From contig JAPEUI010000113.1 in NCBI GenBank assembly GCA_026025075.1, positions 1-50,661 of the forward strand: a stretch of DNA of 50,661 nt. The letters run 5' to 3'. The position numbers were made by a program, and so were the translations under genes. The DNA comes from Vezdaea acicularis. Lineage: Eukaryota. Positions 1-12,732 of this stretch are shown here, in pieces (position 1 is the first letter of the stretch; every line of letters starts with the position of its first letter). The notes below the pieces were generated by a model, which saw only the letters and a program-made list of their open reading frames with translations, did not search any database and was not told the origin of the DNA.

Positions 1-1865
1 TCTGGACATCGTGAAGGGTGGTTGTGATTGGGTCGAGCATGGCTTCAGTTATTCCAGAGTACCTAGCGGAAAACCATTTAGCACGCCAGACTGGGCATGT
101 AAAGAAGTGGGCTGCACTTACTCTGTGACATAGTCGATGATTGGTTTCTCTGGCTTGACCAAGTCGTCTAGGATCACTTCTCCAGACCAGGAAACGACTG
201 ACACCCGCGTGACTGCAAACTCCTCCGGCCCCGTCATACACATCTCGCAATCGATTGCAAAGACTTCTCGATCAGCAAGTAAGCTATCCTTTTGAGAATG
301 TAGCTGTTGAGCATCCCGGTTCTCGTCTTCTCCAAGCAGAGCTGGGTGATCTAGCTGCATCCCATTTTCCTTTCCATGACTATCCTCACCAGCAAGTGTG
401 CTATCTTCTTGCCCTTTTTGCACATGCGCATCCCCACTGTCCCACCTCTCAACTTCAGTGTCCATCCAGCCATACTCCTCGGTTTGCTGTAGTTGCTTTC
501 GAGACTCTAGATTAAGACGGCGGCCCTCTCCATTCCGAAACATAGCTGGATGGATCGCGCACCCGTCCTGTCTCAACTCCTCAGGAGACACGAGGAAATG
601 GGTAACAGGAGTAGGCTGGTTGATCCAGGAGGCTTCCTCCCTTGGCGGCTGAGGACCATTCTTAGCTTTCTTCTTATCACCAGATCTAGGAATAACTGTC
701 TTGAGCATCATCTCGATAGGTGGTTGAATGCTTGTCAATTTCTGCTCTCTATTTCTCCATGCACGTGTGATGACGGGCCACATGAGAGGAAACATGTCCG
801 CTAACGGCCGTAATGGAAGGGCTAACTTTTCTTTCAGGAGCTGTGTGGGTATGTAAAAATCCGGTGACTTTGTGTCTTGATTCGATGGACTCGAACGTCC
901 GTTCTCTTTGGTTTTGCTCTCTGCGAGCTGACCGGCCTTCGCTGGAGATGAGTCTTTGCTTTGCAGTTCGGAAGCTCCATTTCCACTCTCAGTTTCACCC
1001 TCTACAAGCTGATCCACTTCCTTGAGGGGTAAGTCTTCCTTAAGTAAGGGTGAATCTATTCCTTCTTTAGATACATTTATGCTCTTTACGGATGCATCCA
1101 CATGCATTTTAAGTGACTCTTCGAGCTTGTTATCTCCCTCAAATATCTCCCTCTCCAGACCATGCACCATCAAAACCACAACCCTCCTGATCTGCGACTT
1201 ATGGGCGATCTCAATCCATTGCGGCGCGGGACCGTCTGCAAGGATATTCAGAACAAGCTCCTGCAATTGGCCGACTTTGAGCTGAGATTGGAGTCTATTG
1301 GGGTTTTTGAAGTTGATACTTGGGTAGTTTGATGATTCCGTCTTTGGCACTTTCTTCCGAGTGGCCCCCTCCTTCGGCGTCGTACTTCCCACTACTTGTC
1401 GTGCGCTGGCTTGATTCTTATTCTCGGCATGCTTCCCAGCACCTTTCTTGGTGTGCTCCTGATGCTCATGCACCGAATTTATTGGACCAACCCTTGTCAG
1501 CTTTGCCTCATCGTTCCCCTCTTTATTATGGTTTTTTTTATTCCTTTTCCTCCTCCGACTCTCCACTACCTGCCAATCCCCACCTAAATCTTCCATATTC
1601 CCGTCATTTTCAGCAGGAGCAACGTTCTCACTCTCAGCTTGACCTTCTGTAACCGGCTGTTCTATAAATACTATCAGTAAAAAAACTCCATCCTCGTAAA
1701 CTCCCAAAAACTTAGTAAATGCATTTCGCATACTCATTCGCACATTACGACCATCTGGCACGAACTCGGGCAAGGAGGATTGAGAAGAGCCATACCATTC
1801 AACTGGCTCGTCTCCAAGTCCGCCTCAAGAAGTTCGCCGTAGCTGCGCTTCTTGGAAGACGCCAT
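1..1865 (-). CDS. DEDDh RNA exonuclease (Rex1/Rnh70/REXO5-like); 3' end runs off the window
   Basis: ATG at 1865 (MASSKKRSYGELL), intron 1662-1795 (GTATGG..ATAG), main exon, intron 63-121 (GTAAGT..CTAG). The spliced product contains the ExoI motif FAIDCEMCMTG..AVTRVSVV..LDDLVKPEKPIIDYVTEYSGITEAML. Confidence 0.88.
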
Positions 1866-3022
1866 GGTCCAGGGTTACTTAGGTTCAAGCGCGTACGTTG
1901 TATGACTAGAGTACTTCTTGGCTTTTCTTTCCGAAAAATGAAATACGCGATGCAAAGCGAATTGTTACACACGTGCCCCCCACTATAGTACGCGAGGGGC
2001 GTAGGAAGAACCCCTTTATATACGGAGCTCTTCTTTTGGTCTACTTTAATGCTAACAGCTATAGTAACAAGTATAACGCGCGTTCAGCCGGCCGGCGTAC
2101 TCGCATAGAGAACAACTCATGTCACAGAGCCGTAAGAAGCACTCAGTGGGTAGCAACACAGACTGGATGAACCTCCAAGTCTATCAAAACCCGCTGAAAA
2201 AGAGATCTTCATCACTCTCACATGTCCTAGAAACTTGAGGGCTGAGTTACCCATACACGTCTCTATCCCTGCGAATTTAATTGCTAGCATTACATGGGTG
2301 GATAAACTTCAGTGATATCCCTACTTTCAACCTTCTATCACCCAACACAAAGCCGACAACCCCTAGAAAACCCAATATAATTAGACAAGCATAACCAACT
2401 AAGCCCGAATATCCCGCTGATACGTGAGGCCCAGTATGAGACACATGCGAAGAAGGAGTTCTAATCACGCATAACACGATCAACAGAGCTCAGTCCAAGT
2501 CCCCAGATTTCGCGATATATAAAAGCGTGATGAATACGGGTGCCCAGCACGAGCTTGCCATTAAGGGGCATGCAAGCGGTAGGAACTTGTACGCTTTCCT
2601 TGCGTTACGTTGCTTTACTTGCTTGATTGCTATAAGAACAAACAGGGGACATATGCCCCTACCTTCCTTCCTTCCTTCCTTCCGCAACTTTAAAAAAAGG
2701 GGGAGTGAGCCCCAAAAGGAAAAAAAAAACCCCACGACAACGCCAGACCCATACTCAAACTTTCCAAATGCCTTGAAACGAGCTCTCGCCTCAAAACACA
2801 AGCACGCTCATCCACAAATAAGGGGTGGGGAGGCAAAGGAGCGATGGGAAGGAATATAACGCGGCGATCCCCGTTTTTTTTAAACCTGATGGAGAGAAGG
2901 GACAGAAAAGAAAAGAAGAGGCAGGAGACTCCGACCAAATTGCGACCCGAACCCACCACACCGAACCAAACGACGAAAAAGAAGGCATAGTAACGCTCCC
3001 AAGCACGTGTGAGTGACGCCCT

Positions 3023-6000
3023 TCAATTCGTGCCCGCGACGCCGACTTGGCCGGGCCCGGGTGTGCCAGGCTGACTGCTCCGGCCCCAGCCAGAGTTCCT
3101 CCAGCCGCTCCGCTCGCCCGCTCCACGCCGGCTATCGCCGCTGCCCTGGCTATTCGCCCGCTCGCGGTATGGGATGTTTGGCGGTTCGACGAGTTCCCAC
3201 TCTCTGCTCTGGTTGCTGGGGGTTCCGTGCTGCGAGGCGTAGGGAGCTTGGGGGTTGCCTGGGAGCGGGCCGTAGACGGGGCCAGGCTGCCCTTGGACGT
3301 GTCGGACGGAGCTTTCGTTTTCCCAGGCGTGTGCTTGGTAGGGGTCTGTGTCGATGCGCGTCGCGACTGGGTTAGTGGGTTGTTGGCCGTGCCGTGATTG
3401 GGGTGGCGGGGTGTCGGACTGTGTGCCGACGGTGCGGCGGGGTCCGGGTTGGCGGGCAAAGTCGCCGTAGCGCCGGAGGATTTCTTTGGTGGTGATGTCG
3501 GCGTTGCTGTTGAAGAGAGCGTTGTCGTTCAAGATGGATTGGAGATCTTCTGGGACCTAGAGTGAGGGTAAAAGGCGTAAGTAACAGGACAGAGGGAAAG
3601 ATCAAGTAAATGAGAATACCATACCTCGCACATGGTTTCGTTAAACTCAATAAGACAGTTCACTGCTTCGATGGCAAGCAAGCTGTCATCCATGCCAATT
3701 TGCTTACTGTTCGAGTAAAGGATATTGGGTGTGATGACCGTAGCTATATTGTGAACGTCCATTTTGCTTCCGGATTCTTCATCGACATGCGAGAAAGATG
3801 AGACCCAGATCAAGAAGCTGAATATGATCTCCATCGAGTCTCGATGCGATTTTGGAAGTAGGCAACATGTAAGGTGCAAGACCCTTCTCCGCTTATCCTC
3901 ATCCGCCATTTCTAAGCTGAGTTAGCGTACTTATTCTGGAGAAAACGTTTTGGAAATGGTGCGACCTACTTTGTGAAGTGATGAATAATCGATGGAGCTT
4001 AAAGGTCAACAGAGGATCCGGGAGTTCTCGAAGGAATTTTTTGAGAAGTGCCGCCACCTGCACTGGGTTCTCTCGTAAGAGATCGACAGCGTCACCGCCT
4101 TTCGCGTCGATCTGTTCCGACATTTCTTTCAGCCGCCTGATATTTCCGTTCTTTCGGAAAACACCCTCAACAGACATATCCATCTGCCGCATAGCGGTGA
4201 TAGCATCGTCAACGAGTGCTGGTACCCGTAAAGCGCCTGGGCCAACGCCAAAAGTTGACTCTGCGCCATCTTTCTCCACCAGCGATTCCAGAGCAACTCC
4301 GAATACGCCCTTCTTCTTACCAGCCTTACGACCATCATTCTTGAAGGCCTTCCCGAATTTACCCCAGAAAGTCGGCTTCCTGGGTTCAATCAGTTGGAGG
4401 AGTTCCTCCAAGTTGTATGTATCATCTAGTAGAGGCTCCATGGCCAAGACGGCGACGTGTCTCACAATAAAATACTCAAGCGCGGAAAGCTCTGAGAAGT
4501 ATCTCTTTGGGCGAGACAACGACTGGTCCCCAGCCATGGCGTTCTCCAGATCCTGGCCCCCAGATACATCACGCTGATGTGTGTTGGCCTTTAACTTTGC
4601 TTGGTTCGATCCTGAGCCCATCAATGGATTTCGTGCATGCTTGTAGGCATTTGGTCGCTGTTCTTTGTTTTGCTCAGCTGCAACTATCCGTGGGATATCG
4701 TCCAAAGTCAACGCATCATGATTAATTGTCAGATCAGGTATCGCGCCGCCGTTTAAGTCTCGGTCCTCTACAATTTGAAACCCATGCTTCCTTGAGTCTG
4801 ATCCATCTGCTCCAGCGGAGCCTGGACGAACGCTGGTGCCTTGGGGGCCATCAATAATTCGCGACGTACGAGCTTTCTTTATAGTGGTCGAGAGATGCTT
4901 GTCCATGCGAGTAGAACGGAGTCTCTTGATGTCGCCTAGTGTTTGAGCATATGACGATTCTCCTTCGTTTCCGTGGCCAGCATATGACTTTGATCGGGAA
5001 TCTGATCTCAAAAGCGGGGGTTCTCCCTGGCCATTCGGACCGAGACGGTGCCCATCTTCAGAATTGTAAGCGCCCAAGTTAATGTCGTCTGTCAGTGAAT
5101 AAATGTTAGCAGATTTCTTTGCAGATCCAGAATGATGGTCATACCAGATGTGTGTGGAAGAGCTCCACTGCTCCTTAACCTTGCTAGTAGCCTAGCTAAG
5201 GCCACTCGTAGGAGAAATACATATTGCTGCAGCTTCGAGATATTCTCAAAACCTCCTACCGCGTCTGTAGTCTTCTCAGCGCAAGTCTGGCACAATACGC
5301 GGTGCTCTGAATCGCTCCACCGGGCAGCATCAGTCTTCTTGCCTAGCTCTTGACCACAATTGCTGCAGATGAGACAGGCCTTGTGCCACCTTCGCTCTTT
5401 GAGGCCGACGCACTCGTCTTCGATTGCCGCTTTGCACGCTGCGCATCGATCTGATGTATCTTCGGCAAGTCCAGAGACCCCGGCCGTGGAATCCAATGAC
5501 CTATCCGCGTCTTTTATGGAGTCGAGGTCATTGAGCTCATCCAAAAACCGGTGGAGGCCATCCGCATTTTTGCGCTCCCGCTCGAGTCTTAGGGCACCTT
5601 GCAAGCTTATTCGAATCAAGAGCTTCAGATAATGTGCAAGCCCGGTAACTAGAGAAAGGAGCTCTTGTGTGACTCCGAGCTTTCGGACCCCTGTGTCTTG
5701 TGACTTGGAGAGTAGAGAGAAAAATGCGACGATTTTCTTGCAGAGCAGCTTTGCTTCTCGGCCGTAAGAGAGCTCTAGATGGATCGTTAGCAACCAAGAA
5801 TCCCCAAGTTTCACGAGATAGCCCGTACCTTTGACGCCTTCTGAAATCATTAGATGGTGAAGACGATCCAGAGACCCAAACAGAATATCCACATGCCAAA
5901 TGAACTTTTTTGCTACCGTGACACCTTCCATGTATGCACCGTTGCTGACGTGAAGCAGCATATCAGATATACACGCTGCAGAGGACTCCTCGAACGTTGA

Positions 6001-6839
6001 TAGAATACTCCAGATGCGATAGACCTTTTCCTCCATCTTCTCCTCTTCGATTCGGACTAGGTTTCGCTCCTCATCGGTTGCATTTGCATCTGTCTTTGGC
6101 CGTCCACCAGCCGCTTTGTCGGACGACGACAGTCGAACCGTCCAGAATTTATGGATCATGTAACACTCTGGATGCCAATGCTGGTTCTGGCCATTTCGCA
6201 GAATTTCGACAAACTGCTTCAATATAGCTGTTTGACAGCCATTACACCTTTGGGCGAATTGTGTCGAGTAATGATAATGGCAGTACACCTTTCCCTCGTG
6301 CTCGTAATAGCTATCCTGCGCCCCGAACACGGTGGGGCACACTGAGCAGGTAAAATGCTCGATATGGTATTTTCGTTCGAGCGCGGTAATATACGATCCT
6401 CGGAGAGCGCCACCACATTCGAAGCACAGTAGATCGAGGCGACGGAAGTAATCAGTCTCACACAGGGGGAACTGCCCTCCATTCTCCTTGTCTTCAACGG
6501 GAAAGAACTTTGAAGCTACGATCTGGCCGCAGTCCTGCCGATCGCTGTGAGCACGCGACCGTTTCTCGGGTGGTCGGAGAATATGTCACGAATCGAACTC
6601 ACCTGACAACTGAAGCAATCGAGATGAAAGGTACCACCCAACGCCCTCACAAACTGCCCTGTCAACGGCTCTCGACATTTCCTACAAAGCCTCGTCGCCC
6701 CGCTGGCGCTTCTGCCCCCAACACTCCCATTTGTGCGGGATCGATCTCTGTCTGGCGCACCATTGGCGTTCTCTCTGGGACGACCTGAGCGAGGATCCAT
6801 GTTCTCAAGACCATTGCTCGGGGGTTTTTCATTCGACAT
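3023..6839 (-). CDS. LRG1: LIM-domain Rho GTPase-activating protein (Lrg1/Rga1-like), multi-exon
   Basis: LIM domains (CRKCREPLTGQFVRALGGTFHLDCFSC; HFTCSVC..YCHYHYS; CNGCQTAILKQFV..WHPECYMIHKFW) and a RhoGAP domain (VEGVFRKNGNIRRLK, ALLKKFLRELPDPLLT, SKMDVHNIATVITPNIL). First intron 6535-6602; further introns near 5800, 5100, 3930 and 3590 join the ORF-track pieces. Confidence 0.88.
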
Positions 6840-8019
6840 CTGCTGCGGGAAAGGGATCAATTCAGAGCGGTCGACGAGGCAGGAAGCAGCGGATTAAAGA
6901 GTGACCTGGATGATGGAGAAGTGGAGAGGTTGTCGTGGGGCGAAGTCGGTGCTGTTAGGCGCGGTTTGGATCAGAGCGGTGGGAACGAGGATGAGGGCCC
7001 CTACGGTCACCGGGAATAGCCAGATCGGTTTAGAGCTCAGTTAGTGGGTGCGCTTGAGGCTGGCGCGCGTGTGGGAACGCAACACCTGCCGAGCCACGTC
7101 GGGCATTTAATTCTGAATCGGGCAAATCCCTGGGGGAACCAGCGCTGCGGCCACCGCTATCTGTCAATGTCATCACCGTCTCACTCGAGGCCCAGCAGGT
7201 CCAAGCGTGCGGGTCGTGGGCGGAGGCATTTGGAAACGTCTCTTTTCCCCATTCGGGCCACTGGTACGCGACCGATTCACGGGGTGGGCAGGGCTATGCA
7301 GAAGGCAACAAACTCCCCACCCCACGTCATTCTCCTCTGCACAATAGACAGGAGCGTGATCGTAAGCTCAACAACATGGACGCGGTCTGTGTCAGCCTCC
7401 GGCGAGACCGTTGCCATGGGATATGCTTCACTGTCAGCGTCTGCGCCTGCGCCTGCGTAAGAGTCTGTGGGTACACTGTTGTTTATCCACGCATGCAAAT
7501 AGTGGACACCGCGGTGGAGGCTCTCTGCGCCAGCCTTGTGGGAGTGGGCCTTCCCAGGCGCAGAACCGCACGAGACGGTCTCAAATTTCGTCCACCGCCT
7601 GACCTGACCAAGAGCCTCACGCATTTATATATAGATTTGTAGCAATAGGACTACGAGAGCTTGATTGTTGAGAAGGTTTGCCTACTTCAGCCTTGCCCAA
7701 CTAGTGCCGGCATTTAGCTTTCGTGAGCCCGGCCGGGAAGTGGCCCAAACTGCCCCATACTGCCTGCTTCGTCCCACTCGACCAGATGCCGGTTGCCTAA
7801 GAGGTGCGGTCCGTCGAGCGTAGAATTTTGATGTGTGTGATGTGCTGCACCATCCCGTCGCGCTCTGAAACCTTCAACCTTTCACCACTCTATGTCCGTG
7901 ACTTCTCATAAATGCCAACTCGTCTCTCGACCTGCCGCTGGTTGCATCTGCTTTCCTAACCCAGTGGCTCCCGCACTGGTGCCCAAACCATACTCCCTCC
8001 ATCAGCACCACGCGCAGCC

Positions 8020-9564
8020 ATGTCTACTCAGTCAATCATACGTATTACTCGGGTTAGCAGGGTCTTCTCTTTATATTGAGCGCTTGAGAACATTGAACAC
8101 TGACGGATGTGTTGCGAGTTCAGGAACTAGGCCAGCTCCAAAAATCGTCAGATCTATGTAAGCTCAACGCGATCAAACCCTTCCAATGTAAATTATACTT
8201 GCTAATCTCCGGCCGCTATAGCTCTCGCTGCTGCTTGCCGTGATGTCGATGTCAGGAGCGTCAAGTGCATCATCATCGGTCCTCCAGAAACGCCGTACGA
8301 ATTTGGGTTCTTTGAATTCTTCGTCAAGTTTCCGAAGGACTATCCCGGCAAGCCACCAGTGGTGACTGGAATGACAACCAATGGTGGAAGATGTCGCTTT
8401 AATCCGAACATATACGCAAATGGCAAGGTCTGCTTGTCAATTCTGGGCACCTGGCGTGGAGAGCGGGGCGAGGAGTGGTCATCGGCCCAGGGACTGGAAT
8501 CAATCTTAATTTCTATCCAAAGTTTGATGTCTTCCAACCCATACGAGAACGAGCCCGGCTATGAGAATGCCCGAGAGGAACATGACAAGAAAAACATAGA
8601 GGAATATGTAGCCAAGATTCGACATGAGACTCTCCGCATTAGTGTGATTCAGCGACTTGAAGAGTATCTGGGCATAAACCCCGATGGCACTTTTCAAAGC
8701 AAAGCTCCAATCTCGGCCGAAGACGCCGAGGAGCTCGAATTCGAGGCGATGGATGATGTTGCTCCAACCTTTGAACCGTTCAAGGACCTTTGCAAACGAC
8801 GTTTCATGTGGTACTACGATTCTTATACTCTCACGATCACACGTGAGGGCGCAAAAATACTCGATGACAAGGCGTTCTCTCCCATGCCATTCGAGTCGAG
8901 AGACAATGGTATGGATGGAAAATACAGGTACACGGAGCTATTGCGAAGACTCATCCTCATCCGAGAAACTCTTGAGGAAGAGCCCGAGAAATGGGCGGTT
9001 GAGGGACTAAGTGCAACAAAGAAAGAGACTGGAGTCGCTGCCAACCTCCAAAGGCAATTCGAGCAGGTTGTCGAAGCATATAAGAAAGATGATAACGTCA
9101 CGATCAACATCGAACTCGTCGACGGGAATCCATTCGTCTGGCGCATTACGTACTTCGGTCGACCGATGACAAATCTCGACGGTGGTCTCTTCAAAATCAA
9201 GATCAGCTTCAGCCCACGATTTCCTGACGAACAGCCGCGGGTCAAATTCGAAACCAAACTCTTTCACCATCGAATTTCCAAGGACGGCGTTGTGTGCTAC
9301 TTTCCGAGGAGACACGACGATGTGAAGTCGCATGTCGAAGCGATCATCGAATCTCTGGAAGAAGAGCATCCTCCATATGACCCACGAACAATGGTCAACC
9401 CGGAAGCCGCGAAACTTTACTGGGGCTCTCCCGAAGACAAGAAGAACTACACCCGACGTCTTCGAAGGACCGTTCAAAGAAGCATGGAGTAAGTAGAAGT
9501 TTACGGTGCACCTCAACTCTCAAGTGCAATCGCTAATAATCATTGCCATCGAAGGGACATGTGA
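8020..9564 (+). CDS. Ubiquitin-conjugating enzyme E2 (UBE2Z/BIRC6-type) with a second C-terminal UBC-like domain
   Basis: Exons 8020-8052, 8124-8157 and 8222 onward give MSTQSIIRITRELGQLQKSSDLSLAAACRD..IIGPPETPYEFGFFEF..RFNPNIYANGKVCLSILGTW. The stop is either at 9492 (unspliced) or at 9564 after an intron 9489-9554. Confidence 0.88.
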
Positions 9565-10981
9565 TAGTTGTACAGCTGCCCTAAGGCCGAACCTAACCTT
9601 TCCCCCCAAAACTCCATCGCGGTGTTATTTTCCCGGTTGAAGTCTATTCAATCTTCCACTTTTCAATCGATCAGCATCAGGGTTCAACGGGGCTCTCCCC
9701 ATCAGCACAGCTCCGCTGGCTGCAATCCCATTCTTCTTTCATTCTCTGCTGCAACACATGTCATAACCTTCTTGTTGTGCTTATTGGGCAACGGCATACG
9801 GATGAGCGGAACATGGCGCCTTTGGGGAGCATTTTTTACCTTCGGATCATGCACACTGCGGCGAACTTGCGGACAGGATGAAACCGGGGTTACTGGCATG
9901 GGGATTACGGAGACCATGACTTCACGAAGCTGTACCTAGACTGACGAATATGAGATCCATGCCGATGAACCACGATGCTCTGGCATGCCCTTGCATTCGC
10001 TCGCGCGGCTACCATTTGGCATTTTCGCAGCTCCCTTTTGAGCAAATTTGAGTGTAAATATCCAACATTGCGGTTACTCGACGAATGCACATCAGGCGAT
10101 GCCCGTTCATTGGGGGAAAGGTCGGCTGCAGCGCGTCTGCGCCTTGGCTTCACCTGCGCATCCAGCTGACTTTCCTGGAATGCTCACCCCACTTTTGCTC
10201 GTGCAGGGCACATGCTTCCCCTCGCCATGACCGTGACACGAGGCTCGCAACGATGAGGTGAGGCTCAGGCGCGGCCCTGCGTCACTCGTTCAACCATTTG
10301 TATTCATCGCTGTTCCAAGTATAGGGTGTAGAGCAGCTTGAACCATAGCTTGACGTACAAATCAGCGTATTTGCTCCCTACCGTTTCTGTGGGGGAGAGT
10401 GAGCCGTCCGCGAGACAGTTCCAAGGCCGCTCGCCCGGCTTGATTGGCGCCAAGGCCTCGCGTAGAGCCGATGCCTGCGCCAGCGAAGCCCAGGAATTGC
10501 GCCAGAGGGCAATCGGGGTCCTGCAGGTCAAAAGTGGTGGGATGCCCTTAGCGCCCTTCTGCGACACCAGACTCACGTCCTCCCCACCATCCAAGTGCTC
10601 ATCCACGGCTGGAAAGGGACAAAGAGGGCCGGCCGACCGACTGACCGACTCGCTTTCTCTGGCCTGATCGACCGAACGGGGCTCATCTCCATCCTCCACT
10701 CCCAACCTCTCAAACTCTTCATCTTCCCTTTCGCACCCGTCGGGGAGGCCTCGCTGTCACCAGTGAGCGCGTTGCGACGTATCGAGTGCGGTCCAACCCC
10801 ACCAATAACGTGACGTCTTCGATCGCCCTCCCGCTCAGCTGATATTGACAGCTCGACACCTCTGCTCGAGAAATACTCAAGACGCTCGAACGGCAATCAC
10901 GGTGCTTCAGCACTCGACGGATGCCTCTACATACCTCGTCAGCATCGTGAGGGTACAGACGTACCTCTGACGTTATATACC

Positions 10982-12308
10982 ATGCATCCTTCCGGCTTTG
11001 ACTTCTCAACCCTTCCGCCCCGGGACAGCCTTCGCGAACAGCCTCAACGGTCGGTTCAAAGTTCCAACGCGGGCCTCAGACGCTCTGCGGCCGATGCGTT
11101 GCGAACCTACTCAGAAGGTATGACGACCGCTGCGCCCTTTACCCTCTGCCGAGCGAGCCCTGAAGAAAGCTTGGCCTGGCTTCCTTCATCCTCCCTACTT
11201 GGCAGCCAGTGACATGTCTTCAAGGAGTGCTAACCATGCCTCGACTACAGAATCATGGGTTGAGATATCCTCACAACCGTCGTCCTCCTCCCTCTCCTCT
11301 GTTGCCGACGAGATCGTCACGACAGGCCTTCGTGTCCAGGCCGAGCCGACAAGTCGTCGACGGCGGCGTCGGCGACATCTCCAAACTCAAGCCCACGGCC
11401 CCTCACCACTCCATGGCCGCCATCGAAGCACGAGTAGCAGCCAAGAAGAATACGAGGAGAGCGAATCAGAATCCGACCATATCCTTACGAGTTCCAATGA
11501 CGAGCTTCCCCGCCAAAGTCAGCCCGACGTACACCAGCAATCCTCGCTCCACCCCTTATCCGACTCTACCACCGCTATGAACACATCTTCTGACGACGAA
11601 GCCGCAACTGCCCTTGGCATAACCTCTCCCTCGGTCTTCACACCGCAACCACACGCCTTTACGCGCTCTTCCCCCTCCTCAGCTCCGCAATCCTACTTCC
11701 CTTCGACCTCTTCTGCGCCAAGGCCCCAAACCCGCCAGCGCCCATCCCACTATACATCTCAATCCCAACCCGACCACGACGCCGCTCTCCGCGCCTCACT
11801 ATCCACCCTCCTCTCCTGCGCCGCCGCCGCCCGCGGCCTGCCCAAACCCCCTCCCTCCTCATCCAACACCCACACTAGACAACCCCCCACCGGCCCCCGC
11901 GTCCACCCCTCCGACCTCCGCCTCGTCCCCGAATCCATCGCTCTCGGCGGCGGCGCTCTCTCCTCCCCCCACTCTTCCCCGCCTCTCGGCTCCGAGACTA
12001 CCCCCAGCACCTACCGAAGCAAGCGCAAGGGCAGTCCCACTGGGAAGCGCGACCGTCTCGAGAAACGCGTCCGCCGCGGCCAGAAAACCGAGGACCTATC
12101 CGTCAGCCCTACCCTGCTCACCTGGGGCGTTGCGGCCGGCGTGGTGGTCCTGGTCGGCGTCGTCGGCTTTGGAGCCGGGTATGCGATGGGGAGAGAGGTC
12201 GGACGCGCCGAGGCGGCTGAGGCTAGGTGTGGACGCGAGGTCGTCAGGGGCGGCTTGAGGAGGTGGCGCTGGAGTGCCGGCGCTGCGGTGGGGAGGGTTG
12301 GGGCGTAA
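10982..12308 (+). CDS. Uncharacterised Ser-rich, C-terminally anchored membrane protein with SWVEI (AIM/LIR-like) motif
   Basis: 369-codon ORF. A probable first exon 10982-11117 joins in frame via intron 11118-11205 (GTATGA..GGCAG); an alternative ATG lies at 11214. Blocks ESWVEISSQPSSSSLSS and DHDAALRASLSTLLSCAAAARGLPK, and a hydrophobic segment LLTWGVAAGVVVLVGVVGFGAGYAMG near the C-terminus. Confidence 0.8.
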
Positions 12309-12732
12309 GGTTTGCTTTTGGAGAGTTGGGGTAGGGCGGGAACGAGAAAAGGCTGGATTGGATGGTGGTGTGCGGTTGGTAAGGTGGTAATGTTCTGATG
12401 AGTTATGTGGTTAATGGTAAGATGTGTCGGACGAATAGGGGTTAATAGTGGTGATGGCTCGGCTCTTAGGTGACGATGACCGCGATGGCGCGGTTGGCGG
12501 TTCCTGGCAATGTATGGCGCGGTTTCTTTTCTCATGAATGTGTCCGTGTATAGATTGATATCCACCATCATCAGCTCTACAGGGAACTAGCTATTAAGAT
12601 TACGATATCGTCGATCTATTTCCCATCGCCCGCGCATCAAATGCACCAAACACCCCCATCTATACACCCCGCTCCTCCCTTCCCTTCCTGCAGTCGAACC
12701 AGGTTGGATCTCCCATGCCGACCTTCACACTC

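Noticed and set aside
1980..2530. TpA-rich patch as a possible RIP-mutated transposon relic
   Set aside because: No terminal repeats or transposase/RT remnants recognisable.
2791..3459. 222-aa minus ORF and plus-strand ORFs over the Lrg1 3' end
   Set aside because: Alternative frames of a GC-rich last exon; the frame ending at 3023 continues the RhoGAP gene.
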